64,000 bases of DNA from Tubulanus polymorphus (lineage: Eukaryota > Animalia > Nemertea): NCBI RefSeq assembly GCF_964204645.1, contig NC_134028.1:23804345-23868344 (forward strand). Reading direction: 5' to 3'. This document shows, piece after piece, positions 63,453-64,000 of the stretch. How positions within the stretch are numbered: the stretch's first letter is position 1; every line of letters begins with the position of its first letter. The notes beneath the pieces were generated by a model that did not search any database, was not told where the DNA came from, and was given only the letters and a program-made list of their open reading frames with translations. Made by a program: the position numbers and the translations under genes.

Positions 63453-64000
63453 ATGGACGACGCACAGTACAGCGCTTCTTTCAAGTCGTTATTATTTCAT
63501 CTAAGTAGAACCCGGTCGGATCCAAAGCGATTGTCAGAAACATTGCTCGAATGCTACAGGATTATATCTGATCAAGGTCGAGGTTTACGGGTGCTCGAAA
63601 TCGGACCCGGTCATGGTCATCTAATAGAGGACGCATTAGCAGAGGCTGAAGTTAAAATTGAACGGTTTGACTGTGTGGAACAGAATAGTTACATGGCTGC
63701 CGAATTGGAATCACGAATCAAAGGTTTGGCCGAGAAATACGGCTTTGATTACAAAATATATAACAAGTGGTTTTCGATCGAAAATGTTTCTTTCTTTCTG
63801 CAAAAGTTCTATGATTTGTTAGTGCTGTCTAATGTTCTCTACAGTCGGTATTTCGACAATCCGGCGCAAGTTTTGAAAACGGCTTTGTATCAACTAACCA
63901 ACGACGATGGACGAGCGATTGTCTGTCTCGATCTCTCCGAAAACTTTCCGACTATCCGCAACGATCTTTATAGTATTCTACCACGGGACGACGAAACAAC
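63453..64000 (+). CDS. HNMT-like methyltransferase, copy 4 (3'-partial; missing from the ORF track because it runs off the window)
   Basis: Open from ATG 63453: MDDAQYSASFKSLLFHLSRTRSDPKRLSE...VLEIGPGHG...FYDLLVLSNVLYSRYFDNP; possible 5'UTR acceptor TTTCTTACAG at ~63432. Confidence 0.8.
   Translation, partial: MDDAQYSASFKSLLFHLSRTRSDPKRLSETLLECYRIISDQGRGLRVLEIGPGHGHLIEDALAEAEVKIERFDCVEQNSYMAAELESRIKGLAEKYGFDYKIYNKWFSIENVSFFLQKFYDLLVLSNVLYSRYFDNPAQVLKTALYQLTNDDGRAIVCLDLSENFPTIRNDLYSILPRDDET

Overview
AT-rich, intron-rich animal genomic DNA, probably a spiralian/lophotrochozoan invertebrate (inferred; the species cannot be read from the sequence). The first ~37 kb is a compact block of housekeeping genes in alternating orientation: USP22 (5' end outside the window), AP5Z1, NUDT1, NAF1, TIMM23, TK1, HGS, METTL26 and LIPT1. 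A C16orf89/UPF0764-like secreted-protein gene follows, with a ~15.8 kb first intron holding a tRNA-Leu(TAG), and then four tandem intronless histamine-N-methyltransferase-like genes. Introns carry several MITE families. The most unusual object is a ~1.2 kb palindrome inside a NAF1 intron: two divergent, TATA-driven, intronless 94-aa genes, each with two histone-mRNA-like 3' stem-loops. Other highlights are a possible spliced bicistronic/readthrough LIPT1-METTL26 unit, a U12-type intron in LIPT1, a captured LIPT1 exon fragment in an HGS intron, hammerhead-like cores in small hairpin repeats, and patchwork gene conversion in the methyltransferase array. Exon boundaries and mismatch counts were read by eye and may be off by a few bases.
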